34,466 nucleotides of DNA. It comes from Octopus sinensis (taxonomy: Eukaryota). Below are positions 11,319 to 21,217 of this stretch, one piece after another. The DNA lies in the NCBI RefSeq assembly GCF_006345805.1, contig NW_021831709.1, forward strand, positions 1 to 34,466, written 5' to 3'. The notes under the pieces were generated by a model. It was not told the DNA's origin. It worked only from the letters and a program-made list of their open reading frames with translations, and searched no databases. A program made the translations under genes and the position numbers. Position 1 is the first letter of the stretch. Every line of letters begins with the position of its first letter.

Positions 11319-11636
11319 GGCGGCGAGCTGGCAGAAACGTTAGCGCGTCCGGGCGAAATGCTTAGCGGTATTTCGTCTGTCGCTACGTTCTGAGTTCAAA
11401 TTCCGCCGAGGTCGACTTTGCCTTTCATCCTTTCGGGGTCGATTAAATAAGTACCAGTTACGCACTGGGGTCGATGTAATCGACTTAATACCTATGTCTG
11501 TCCTTGTTTGTCCCCTCTGTGTTTAGCCCCTTGTGGGTAATAAAGAAATAGAAATAGGTATTTCGTCTGCCGCTACGTTCTGAGTTCAAATTCCGCCGAG
11601 GTCGACTTTGCCTTTCATAGTAAAGAAATAGGTATC
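11319..11636 (+). mobile_element. Family B SINE plus partial second unit
   Basis: Full head GGCGGCGAGCTGGCAG. GAAATA/GGTATTTCGTCTG junction near 11555. Confidence 0.88.
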
Positions 11637-12212
11637 TGCGGTGATCAACTGGTGATTCTCCCCAATCGCAGATTGAACTCAGCAGAGAGAGGTGAGGGCT
11701 GGAAGGAAGGAAAAGCTTGTTGTAATCAGCGCTTGAGAAAGTTAGTAACTTTTCAATGCTCTAATCCCAAGATACAATGATGAAAACTAGCAGTGCAAAA
11801 TCAGTTTTATGGCTTAAAATGAGCCAGTATGTTGATCATGTGGCTTAATGCCAAGCCAAGGTAACAGGAAGTCACTCGGTTGTTTGTATTGTATTATTGT
11901 ATTACCGTTGAGTTCTGATCCACGAGTATTTATCATTCAAACAAACCGACCACAAATCATTTAGTCCAGTAGAAATTCATTGAAAAGAAAACGCTTGGGA
12001 AAGAAAAATGAAGTAAATTGGATACCGCGTAGTGAAATCGAACCAAGAATGTTATGTTACCGAACTAACTTCATTATCACCCAGCCATACCACGTTTCAC
12101 CTATTGTCCGAAGATCTTATTTTGTCACGCACGCTTTGAGTTACAGTTTTGCTCGAAGATTTATTTACTGCGTTAATAACAATCTGAGTTTACTTGAGCA
12201 AAGGTTCTGTTG

Positions 12213-12479
12213 GGGTATTTCGTCTGCGTTATACATTAATTTACGTAAAGGCAGCGAGCTGGCAGAAACGTTAGCACGCCGGGCGAAATGCGTAGCCGTA
12301 TTTCGTCTACCGTTACGTTCTGAGTTCAAATTCCGCCGAGGTTGACTTTGCCTTTCATCCTTTCGGGGTCGATAAATCAAGTACCAGTTACGCACTGGGG
12401 TCGATGTAATCGACTTAATACCTATGTCTGTCCTTGTCTGTCCCCTCTGTGTTTAGCCCCTTGTGGGTAATAAAGAAAT
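12213..12479 (+). mobile_element. Family B SINE with extra 5' leader and 11-bp TSD
   Basis: AGGTTCTGTTG at 12202-12212 and 12480-12490. The SINE head begins at about 12250. Confidence 0.88.
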
Positions 12480-12528
12480 AGGTTCTGTTGATAACACTAG
12501 TCTATACGGAAATCACAACGGCTTAGAC

Positions 12529-13236
12529 CAACGGTCCCCGACCGTTTCTGTACCATGGACTAATTTTAGGCTAAGCAATATTCCATGGACCACGCATAAC
12601 AAAACACAATAAAGTGCACAATATATGATTTAATTATTACATATGTAATGCATATTTATTACGCAAAAAACCCCGAAAACGGCGATAGTCAATAAAACCG
12701 AAATAAAACTTTCAAATTTATTCTCTCTTTGCGGCTCAGTCCCAAATTGTCTGCAGCCCGGTACGAAATGATCTGCGACTTGGCGATTAGAGGATCTGCA
12801 TCTTTTCGGTTTGAATGGCAGTTTTTTGTAGCGGTGTCATATGAAATTGTCACCCATAATTATGACCCTAGTATCGATCTATTGCATTTCGATCTGTTTT
12901 GGGGTTAGTTAGGATTAGGGGTGGAGGGAAGCGTATCTTTTTTTTCTTCAGAAATGTAAATAAACCCAATCTGTTTCTTAAACGAGGGACATATTCATAC
13001 GGCATAGAATGTTTTTTTTTTTTACCTCAATAGACGTCAGTGATTGGTTTAAATTGCAGAAATTAAAGAAGAAAAACAACAAATATCTTACAAACCATAG
13101 AATTTTCTCAATAAAGCCAAGAGAAAAAGATGCTTTATAAACACATTCTACCAGTATACGAAGTTTAAAATTTTTTAGTTACCTAGAAATTATGTTAAAA
13201 ACTGCCGTTCAAACCGAAAAGATCCGAGGATCCCTT
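12529..13236. mobile_element. Degenerate hAT/Charlie-type MITE hosting the Merlin-like MITE near its right end
   Basis: Left end CAACGGTCCCCGACC..CCATGGAC and right end GCCCGGTAC...TTAGAGGATCCC resemble CAGCGGTCCCCAACC / GGTTGGGGACC hAT termini. Confidence 0.5.
12798..13225 (+). mobile_element. Complete Merlin-like MITE (428 bp)
   Basis: TIRs of about 29 bp (consensus GGATCTTTTCGGTTTGAACGGCAGTTTTT). 8-bp TSD GAGGATCT/GAGGATCC at 12790-12797 and 13226-13233. GG termini with an 8-bp TSD fit Merlin. Confidence 0.8.
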
Positions 13237-13717
13237 CATATATGACTATATACAGTTTCGAAGATAGTTATACTTCAGTGACCCCGTCTTGTTCCATTAC
13301 ATACATACATATATAGGCACAACCGCACAGACACACACACTACATTATCACGTTGAGTTTGCTTAAGAAAGTTTACAGGTATAACAAGAGTTGCCTGACC
13401 GATCACTTGTTTTATGTAAGTTAATAATGGCAGACAGCAAAGTGAAAGGAAAACTACTGCTAATTCCACTGTAAACCTGTCGTTTCGTTAAGACCCCCAA
13501 CGATCCAGCGATCCAACGTTATGTAACCGGCAAAATAAAAAAAGAACATGGAAGTTTCATCGCAAGTAAATATCGCGCCGTGCATGGAAAATTCAGACGA
13601 GAGTTTACATGACGTCATTTTCGCAAACATAATAAAAACGTTTAGGCAAATGTTTCTACGAAATATATAAAAAAAGAAACTAGTTTAGCGATGGTTTCTC
13701 TTCGTTGTCGGCCATAT

Positions 13718-14127
13718 CTCTTTTACTCTTTTTACTCTTTTGCTTGTTTCAGTCATTTGACTGTGGCCATGCTGGAGCACCACCTTTTAGTCGAGCAAAA
13801 CGACCCCAGGACTTATTCTTTGTAAGCCTAGTACTTATTCTATCGGTCTTTTTTTGCCGAACCGCTAAGTTACGGGGACGTAAACACACCATCGGTTGTC
13901 AAGCAATGGTGGGGGACAAACACAGACACAAACATATACATACATACACATATATATATACATATATACGACGGGCTTCTTCCAGTTTCCGTCTGCCAAA
14001 TCCACTCACAAGGCTTAGGTCGGCCCGAGGCTATAGTAGAAGACACTTGCCCAAGGTGCCACGCAGTGGGACTGAACCCGGAACCATGTGGCTGGTAAGC
14101 AAGCTACTTACCACACAGCCACTCCTG
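13718..14127 (-). mobile_element. SINE family A, full length
   Basis: Same structure as 3645-4065. Confidence 0.9.
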
Positions 14128-14149
14128 CTCCTCCGTTGAATTTTCTTCA

Positions 14150-14266
14150 TAAAAACATTTTTGGCGAAGGTGAAGAATACGCACACCCGACGTTTAGGGG
14201 TTGGGGTTAGGTTTACGCCGAAAACGGGTGATGTGCGTATTCTTTACCTCTGCTAACATCTTTTAT
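14150..14266. mobile_element. Small fold-back MITE remnant
   Basis: AGGTGAAGAATACGCACA pairs with TGTGCGTATTCTTTACCT. Central TTAGGGGTTGGGGTTAGG. Confidence 0.6.
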
Positions 14267-14405
14267 ACATGGTACAGTATGATACACTTGGAAGGAGAAT
14301 TTTAAGTGAATGGACATCAAACAGAACCCTGCTTTAGAATTGTATTAATTCGAATCTGTTGAATACAATTTAGTTCTTTATTTCTCATACTTTATTTTAT
14401 ACTTT

Positions 14406-14817
14406 AAATACCTATTTCTTTATTACCCACAAGGGGCTAAACATAGAGGGGACAAACCAGGACAGACATAGGTATTAAGTCGATTACATCGACCCCAGTG
14501 TGTAACTGGTACTTAATTTATCGACCCCGAAAGGATGAAAGGCAAAGTCGACCTCGGCGGAATTTGAACTCGGAACGTAGCGGCAGACGAAATACCTATT
14601 TCTTTATTACCCACAAGAAGCTAAACATAGAGGGGACAAACAAGGACAGACATAGGTATTAAGTCGATTACATCGACCCCCGTGTGTAACTAGTACTTAA
14701 TTTATCGACCCCGAAAGGATGAAAGGCAAAGTCGACCTCGGTGGAATCCGAACTCAGTACGTAGCGGTAGACGAAATACTGCTAAGCATTTCGCCCGGCG
14801 TGCTAACGTCTCTGCCA
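14406..14817 (-). mobile_element. Family B SINE dimer
   Basis: Two ~184-bp units with the junction GACGAAATACCTATTTCTTT near 14587-14605. Confidence 0.88.
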
Positions 14818-16038
14818 GGAAAAATCCAGAGATCCGGGTTATTTCTGGTTCCAAGTTTTACCGGATATTTGGTCCCGCACTGTAAAAAAAAAAAAAAAAT
14901 TCGAATATTTAAAATTATGTAATTTTATGATGAAGTATTGAAATGCTTCAAGCTGTTTGGAAGAATTTTAACAAGATCCCAAATGCATGTGGAGTACTCG
15001 GCTACTTGCTCTATTTAATTCAAGTGGGACTACCTGCAATAAAAACGTAGGGGATTGGCATCCTTGTAACAACACAGTGTCACGCTGGGTCTGTGAAGAT
15101 TACGTCTAAACGTACGTGCGTCTGTGGAATAATCAGGCACTTAAAGCGTAATAATAATAATAATAGTAGTGGCTGAGATAGTTCCATTGATAAAACCAGC
15201 TGGAATACTCTCTCGTTCGTTAAGTGAATAAGAAAGGATAAAACACAAAGCGTTAATAAAAGAGAGAAGAAAAAAAAACAGCGTTAAAGATTTGCTACTC
15301 CCTAAAAACAAGCAGACGAGATCGTTAAGGCTGTTTATTTAGTACAGCCTAATTGTTGAGAAAAAGTAAGTTTTATTTAATAAACCTTTTCCAGCGATGT
15401 GCCTTTCGGTAAATAGAATCTCCTTGAAAACATCAGCATACAGTCACTGACCAAAAAAGAAAGAAAGAAAAAACTTTTGAAGACTGTGTTGTTGATGTTC
15501 TTCTTGTTTTAGCCCTAGGTCTTCCCCGTTTCGTTTATTTTTCTTTCAAGTCCGCAGTCAGTCTATCTCGTATGGCATTACTCAATGTACCCCCCTCCCT
15601 TTCATCGTTTTAAGACGATAGGGTGTAGATACGTATGTGCTTTGGCTGCTATTTCTAGCATGTTACATTAGCTTGATTCGGGCATAGACAAACGTTTTTG
15701 AGAAGAGGGTCACGTGATATATGCTTTATCGTCAGGCAGGCCGCACTTGTAATACAATTTTTTTAATTCGAGGTAATTTTTTCGTTTTGTGCCATTCAGA
15801 AGAGACCCTGATCCCATGGGTCTCAGGGTGACCATGATTGGGCTTCAGATCTGTGTGTATGGATCACGTGTCGAATGGTATATTTTGGTAGGGTTTTCTT
15901 TTATGAAATGCTGACCAATAATCTGTTTAAAATTATTCACTTCGTTCTTCTGCTGGTTCTTTGGGCTTAGTTAGTTGGTAATGGTTGATATGCAGTTTAA
16001 GGTCTTCAAAAAGGAAAGTGAAAGTAAATTGCGATAGA

Positions 16039-16066
16039 AACCGGAAGTGACGACAGTGACATCACA
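16039..16066. promoter_or_regulatory. Candidate housekeeping-type promoter motifs (ETS ACCGGAAGTG plus CRE-like TGACATCA)
   Basis: AACCGGAAGTGACGACAGTGACATCAC lies in unique sequence just left of the CpG-depletion boundary. Motif match only. Confidence 0.3.
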
Positions 16067-16256
16067 AAATTTCAATTGAGGAACCTAAGCAACTCCCTCA
16101 TTATGCCATTTCCACAGACACGTGCCTCACAACGAACACCACAGAGAAGTGTTATTGCTTTCATCTTAAAAGAAATTTACCTACAGTTTTCATGCGATGT
16201 TATACATTTATACATCTATGTTCGATGTGTTGGTTACTTCGTATACATTAATTTAC

Positions 16257-16861
16257 ATAAAGGCCGCGCGAGCTGGCAGAAACGTTAGCACGCCGGGCGA
16301 AATACGTAGCCGTATTTCGTCTACCGTTACGTTCTGAGTTCAAATTCCGCCGAAGTCGACTTTGCCTTTCATCCTTTCGGAGTCGATAAATCAAATACCA
16401 GTTACGCACTGGGGTCGATGTAATCGACTTAATCCGTTTGTCTGTCCTTGTTTGTCCCCTCTGTGTTTAGCCCCTTGTGGGTAGTAAAGAAATAGGTATT
16501 TCGTCTGCCACTAAGTTCTGAGTTCAAATTCCGCCGAGGTCGACTTTGCCTTTCATCCTTTCGGAGTCGATAAATTAAGTACCAGTTACGCACTGGGGTC
16601 GATATAATCGACTTAGTACCTATGTCTGTCCTTGTTTGTCCCCTCTGTGTTTAGCCCCTTGTGGGTAGTAAAGAAATAGGTATTTCGTCTGCCACTAAGT
16701 TCTGAGTTCAAATTCCGCCAAGGTCGACTTTGCCTTTCATCCTTTCGGGGTCGATAAATTAAGTACTAGTTACGCACTGGGGTCGATATAATCGACTTAA
16801 TACCTATGTCTGTCCTTGTTTGTCCCTTCTGTGTTTAGCCCCTTGTGGGTAGTAAAGAAAT
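16257..16861 (+). mobile_element. Family B SINE trimer with 23-bp TSD
   Basis: TTACTTCGTATACATTAATTTAC at 16234-16256 and 16862-16884. Junctions at 16495 and 16679 (period 184). Confidence 0.92.
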
Positions 16862-17574
16862 TTACTTCGTATACATTAATTTACGTGAAATTGTGGGTTA
16901 GTGCTGTCTTCGCTTCCATCTTCTGTCGAAATTTACTTTCATTGTTTTAGAACAATTTACTTTCACTATTTTTAAATTTTTTTTTCAAGACTGTAAAACT
17001 TCATGTTGACTGTGGCCACCTCACTGTCTGCTTTATCTCTTACCTGATTGGCCTTTGCTTGCTTAATCTCTCCTCCCATCCTCTCTCTCTGTCTCCCTTA
17101 TACATATGCACTACTACTACTACTACTACTACTACTGTTGCTGCTGCTGCTGATTTTTGTCTGACTGACAGACTGCAAATTATAAAACTCAGAAGTAGCA
17201 AAATGAAACCACAGCTTTAAAAAAAAATTAATAAACCCCCTGTGGTGTGCATATTGAATATTTTCCTGTTTATACATTCTAAGTACTTGTCTGTGTTTGT
17301 GTGTATGTGTCCATGTATGTATGTATGTATGTGTGTGTTTGGCGGGATATGGCACATGTGTGTACGTACTGGTTCATACTAATGTTTCATGGCTGAACTC
17401 CCTTGTGGAATATTAATAATTGAGTGAAAAGGAAAAATAAATTTAAAAAATAATTTTAATTAAATTTCTAAAGCATTGCAAAGACTTTTTTTTTTTTTTT
17501 GTTGACGGACTGACAGCAACAACAAAACAACAACAACAATAATAATAATAATAGTAGTAGTAATAATAATAATA

Positions 17575-17789
17575 ATACTTTCTACTGGAAACATGAGGTC
17601 TCAAATTTTGGAAGGGATTAAGTTGATTACATTGACCTCCCAGTGTTTCACTGGTACTTAATTTATCGACACCGAAAGGATGAAAAGCAAAGTCCACCTC
17701 TATGGAATTTGAACTCAGAACATGAAGACAGACGAAATGTCACTAAGCGTTTCGCCTAGCATGCTAACGATTCTGCCAGCTTGCCGCCT
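17575..17789 (-). mobile_element. Family B SINE, alternative tail, diverged
   Basis: Reverse complement of the head and Meta-like domain, flanked by (AAT)n. Confidence 0.8.
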
Positions 17790-17832
17790 TAATAATAATA
17801 ATAATAATCCTTTCTACTGGAAACACAAGGCC

Positions 17833-18182
17833 TTTACTTGTTTCAGTCATCTGACTGCAGCCATGCTGGAGCACTGCCTTTGGTTGAACAAATTGACCTC
17901 AGGACTTATTCTATCGGGCGCTTTTGCCGAACCACTGAGTTACAGGGACATAAACACATATCAACATTGGTTGTCAAGTGACGGTCAAACACAGAACCAC
18001 ACATAAATATATACATATATACGATGGGCTTCTTTCAGTTTCCGCCTACCAAATCCACTCACAAGGCGTTGGTCGGCCCGAGGCTATAGTAAAAGACACT
18101 TGCCCAAGGTGCCGCGCAGTGAGACTGAACCCAGAACCATGTGGTTGGGAAGCAAGCTTCTTACCAGACAGCCACTCCTGCA
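17833..18182 (-). mobile_element. SINE family A, diverged
   Basis: Head CAGCCACTCCTGC at the right end. The body has deletions. Confidence 0.82.
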
Positions 18183-18287
18183 CCTATTCATACAGCCATG
18201 CCTGCACCTATATATATGTATGTATGTATGTATGTAAGTATGCATGTATGTCATGTTTATCAATATCCTGTAAAAAGGTAATTATTC

Positions 18288-18610
18288 CCTTTTGTCATGA
18301 ATGACCATGAGATTGCCCCTAGAAAGTTCCCATCTAAGGCACAAGTCTGGGCAAATTTGTTTATGGAAGACCAGCAGTAGCCCTTGCATACCAGCCTCCC
18401 CTTTCCGTGCCACCGATGTTATCCAAGGGAAAGCAAAGGGGCCAATACAGCTTGGCACCAACGATGTTGCAACCCATTTCTATAGCTGAGTGAACTACTG
18501 GAACAACGTGAAATAAAGTACCTTACTCAAGAACACAACACACAGCCCAGTCCAGGAATAGAACTCACTACCTCGTGATTGTGAGCCTGATGCTATAACC
18601 ACTGAGCCAT
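18288..18610 (-). mobile_element. tRNA-derived CORE-like SINE (family E)
   Basis: Minus strand TGGCTCAGTGG A-box, GAGTTCTATTCC B-box, and TGTGTTGTGTTCTTGAGTAAGGTACTTTATTTCAC..CACTCAGCT CORE-like block. Confidence 0.7.
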
Positions 18611-19489
18611 ATCATGCTTATCAATATGCTGTATTTGAGGACTTCTTAGATGAGCATACTTATAAACTGCATCTCAGTTTTGGCATGCCCTTTCTGAAAT
18701 CTCGACTTTGCTGGTCTATAAATGAAACACCAGTCAAGTATTTATACAATGCAGGCTGATTTTCTGGGATATTTTGGGGTGGGGTGTTAAAACAAAGGGC
18801 ACCTTATAAGCCATTAAATAACGGTATTTTGCCATTTGACAATGTTAAGAGATTAATTATGATTAACAATAATAATTAATAATTATAATGTCTAATGGTA
18901 CAAAACAAGAACAATATTTTTTAGGAAAGGGGGAAAAGTCGGTTAATAAATCTAATCTACGATAGTAGCTTGCTTGAATGAGGTTTATTTTATTCAGGGG
19001 TACATGGGTATATATATTCTGTGTGTCCTCAGTGATTGTCACACACCCATTAAAAATTGAAATCTGATCTTTATAATAATTATTCCGTCTTAGCAATATG
19101 GTGGTATAATTTGGTTATAATTTGTCTTCAATTACATTAATACCCTCATAAAGAAGGATGGTGTCAGCCTGAAGTCGTATTATGTAGAGAAATAGCCCCC
19201 TCCCCATCCCCCACTGCGTGTACCTTTTACCTTTTTGTATGCTTCAGACGTTGGGCTGCGGTCAAGCTGGGGCACCTCTTCGAAGGGTTTTTAGCCGAAT
19301 GAATCAGCGCCTGTGCTTATTTTCTGTAACTTGATAACTTATTCTATCAGCCCCTTTTTACCAAACCACCGAATTATGAGGACGTAAATAAACCAACACT
19401 GGTTTTTAAGTGAAGGCAGGGTACGAACAAAGACTCACATATATTTTCATCACATGATGACAGTTTCTTTGAGACAAATTGGTTCTTTT

Positions 19490-19640
19490 CTCTCACCATT
19501 TGTTTTTTCTCTTCTCATCTCTTCTTTCTGGAGAAGAGCATATGCTTGAAACATAAAAACACTTCTAATTTTTCCTGAGCACAGATCTGTTTGTTTTTTT
19601 TTTTACCTCGTCTTTCCATATTTTCATTTTTGTACTATAC
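19490..19640 (+). mobile_element. PLE pseudo-LTR fragment, degenerate
   Basis: 19524-19559 reads CTTT-CTGGAGA-A-GAGC-atat-GCTT-GAAAC-ATA-AAAA. Flanks resemble 313-490. Confidence 0.5.
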
Positions 19641-19649
19641 GTGTATTTA

Positions 19650-19888
19650 GGCATGTGGCCTAGTGGTAAGGGTGTTGCGCTAACAGTCACAAGATCACGG
19701 GGTCAATTCACAGACCAGGGGGCACATTGTATTCTAGAGCAAAAACTCTTGCTCCAATCTCCCCCTTTTTTGATAAGGGAGCAATGTTGTCTTGTTTGCA
19801 TAGCCAGTCGGGGTGAAGTCATTTGAAGGCTAAAGCAATGCAAAGTGCATTGTGACCAGTGATGTGTCACAATATCTGATAACCTAGT
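19650..19888 (+). mobile_element. Diverged tRNA SINE with the family C type-1 tail
   Basis: TGGCCTAGTGG A-box. The tail GAAGGCTAAA..GCATTGTGACCAG..ATCTGATA matches 773-830. Confidence 0.7.
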
Positions 19889-19899
19889 ACATACATACA

Positions 19900-20600
19900 C
19901 AATGGGCTTCTTCAGTTACCATCTACCAACATCGCTTGACAACCGATGCTGGTGTGTTTACGTCTCCATAACTTAGCGGTTTGGTAAAAGAGACTGATAG
20001 TACTAGGCTTACAATGAATAAGTCCTGGGGTTGATTTGCTCGACTAAAGGTGGTGCTCCAGCATGGCTGCAGTCACATGACTGAAACAAGTAAAAGAGTA
20101 ATGTGAATAAATAAATATAAGATGTGACAGAATAATGATAATCTTTTTTGTTAAAGGCACAAAGCCTGAAATTTTGGGGGTGGAAGGGACTAGTTGATTA
20201 CATTGACTCCAGTGTTTCACTGGTACTTAATTTTATTGACCCTGAAAGGATGAAAAATAAAGTCAACATCTGCTGAATTTGATCTCGGAACGTAGCGACA
20301 GGTGAAATATCGCTACGCATTTTTCCCCAGCGTGCTAATGATTCTGCTAGTTCACCACCTTAAGAATAATAATAATAATAAGGGTTTCAGATTTAGCCAC
20401 AAGGGCAGCCATTTTGGGGGAGGGGATGAGTTGATTACATCGATCCCCAGTATTCAACTGGTATTTATTTTATCAACCCTGAAAGGATGCAAGGTAAAGT
20501 CGACCTCGGCAGAATTTGAACTCGGAACGTAGCGACGGGCGGAATACCGCTAAGCATTTCATCCAGTGTGCTAACAATTCTGCCATCTCATCACCTTATT
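19900..20600. mobile_element. Family A 3' fragment (+) followed by two diverged family B copies (-)
   Basis: Family A tail at 19900-20100. Family B at 20140-20360 and 20385-20597, separated by (AAT)n. Confidence 0.78.
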
Positions 20601-20674
20601 AATAATAATAATAATAATAATGATTTCTCATATAATAAATATTGTTGATCAAAAATCAATGGAAATTGTAGTTG

Positions 20675-20965
20675 GGATACCAGTGCCGGTGGCACATAAA
20701 AGAACCATCCAAACGTGGCCATTGCCAGCGCCGCCTCGACTGGCCTCTGTGCCAGTGGCATGTAAAAAGCACCAACCGATCATGGCCGTTGCCAGCCTCG
20801 CCTGGCACGTAAGAAGCACCCACTACACTCACGGAGTGGTTGGTGTTAGGAAGGGCATCCAGCTGTAGAAACGCTGCCAGATCAGACTGGAGCCTGGTGC
20901 AGCCATCTGGCTTCCAACCCATGCTAGCACAGAAAGTGGACATTAAATGATGATGATGATGATGA
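20675..20965 (+). mobile_element. Family D non-autonomous retroelement with RTE-type tail and internal subrepeats
   Basis: GGTGTTAGGAAGGGCATCCAGCTGTAGAAA motif, (GAT)n tail and repeated TGGCAC(A/G)TAAAA(A)GCACC. Other copies lie at 25297 and 30377. Confidence 0.75.
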
Positions 20966-21161
20966 CTGTAATGTAGCAAAGAAGCTGAGGGGGGAAAACG
21001 AACAATGTGTTGTTGTTAGTAGTAGTAGTAGTAGTAATGGCAGTGGTGATAGTAACAACCATACTGATATTACTGTACTGGTGCAGGTGAATGGGATGGA
21101 GACGTGTAACGAAGGAGACAGAATATGAAATTACATACATGATGATATACGAGGGAAGGAG

Positions 21162-21195
<34 letters not shown>

Positions 21196-21217
21196 TTGCT
21201 TACACACACACACACAC

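Noticed and set aside
14973-14988. AAGATCCCAAATGCAT equals the reverse complement of 8822-8837 (MITE end plus TSD)
   Set aside because: There is no further MITE sequence, so it is treated as chance. It remains a minor caveat for the inversion call.
16862-16892. ACTTCGTATA resembles a loxP arm (also at 16236 and in the Merlin-like MITE)
   Set aside because: There is no matching second arm. It is part of a TSD or of a MITE, so it is coincidental.
16880-16925. Minus-strand AAGATGG start with short reading MEAKTALTHNF and possible GTAAAT donor
   Set aside because: The donor is weak, there is no recognisable homology, and no downstream exon was found.
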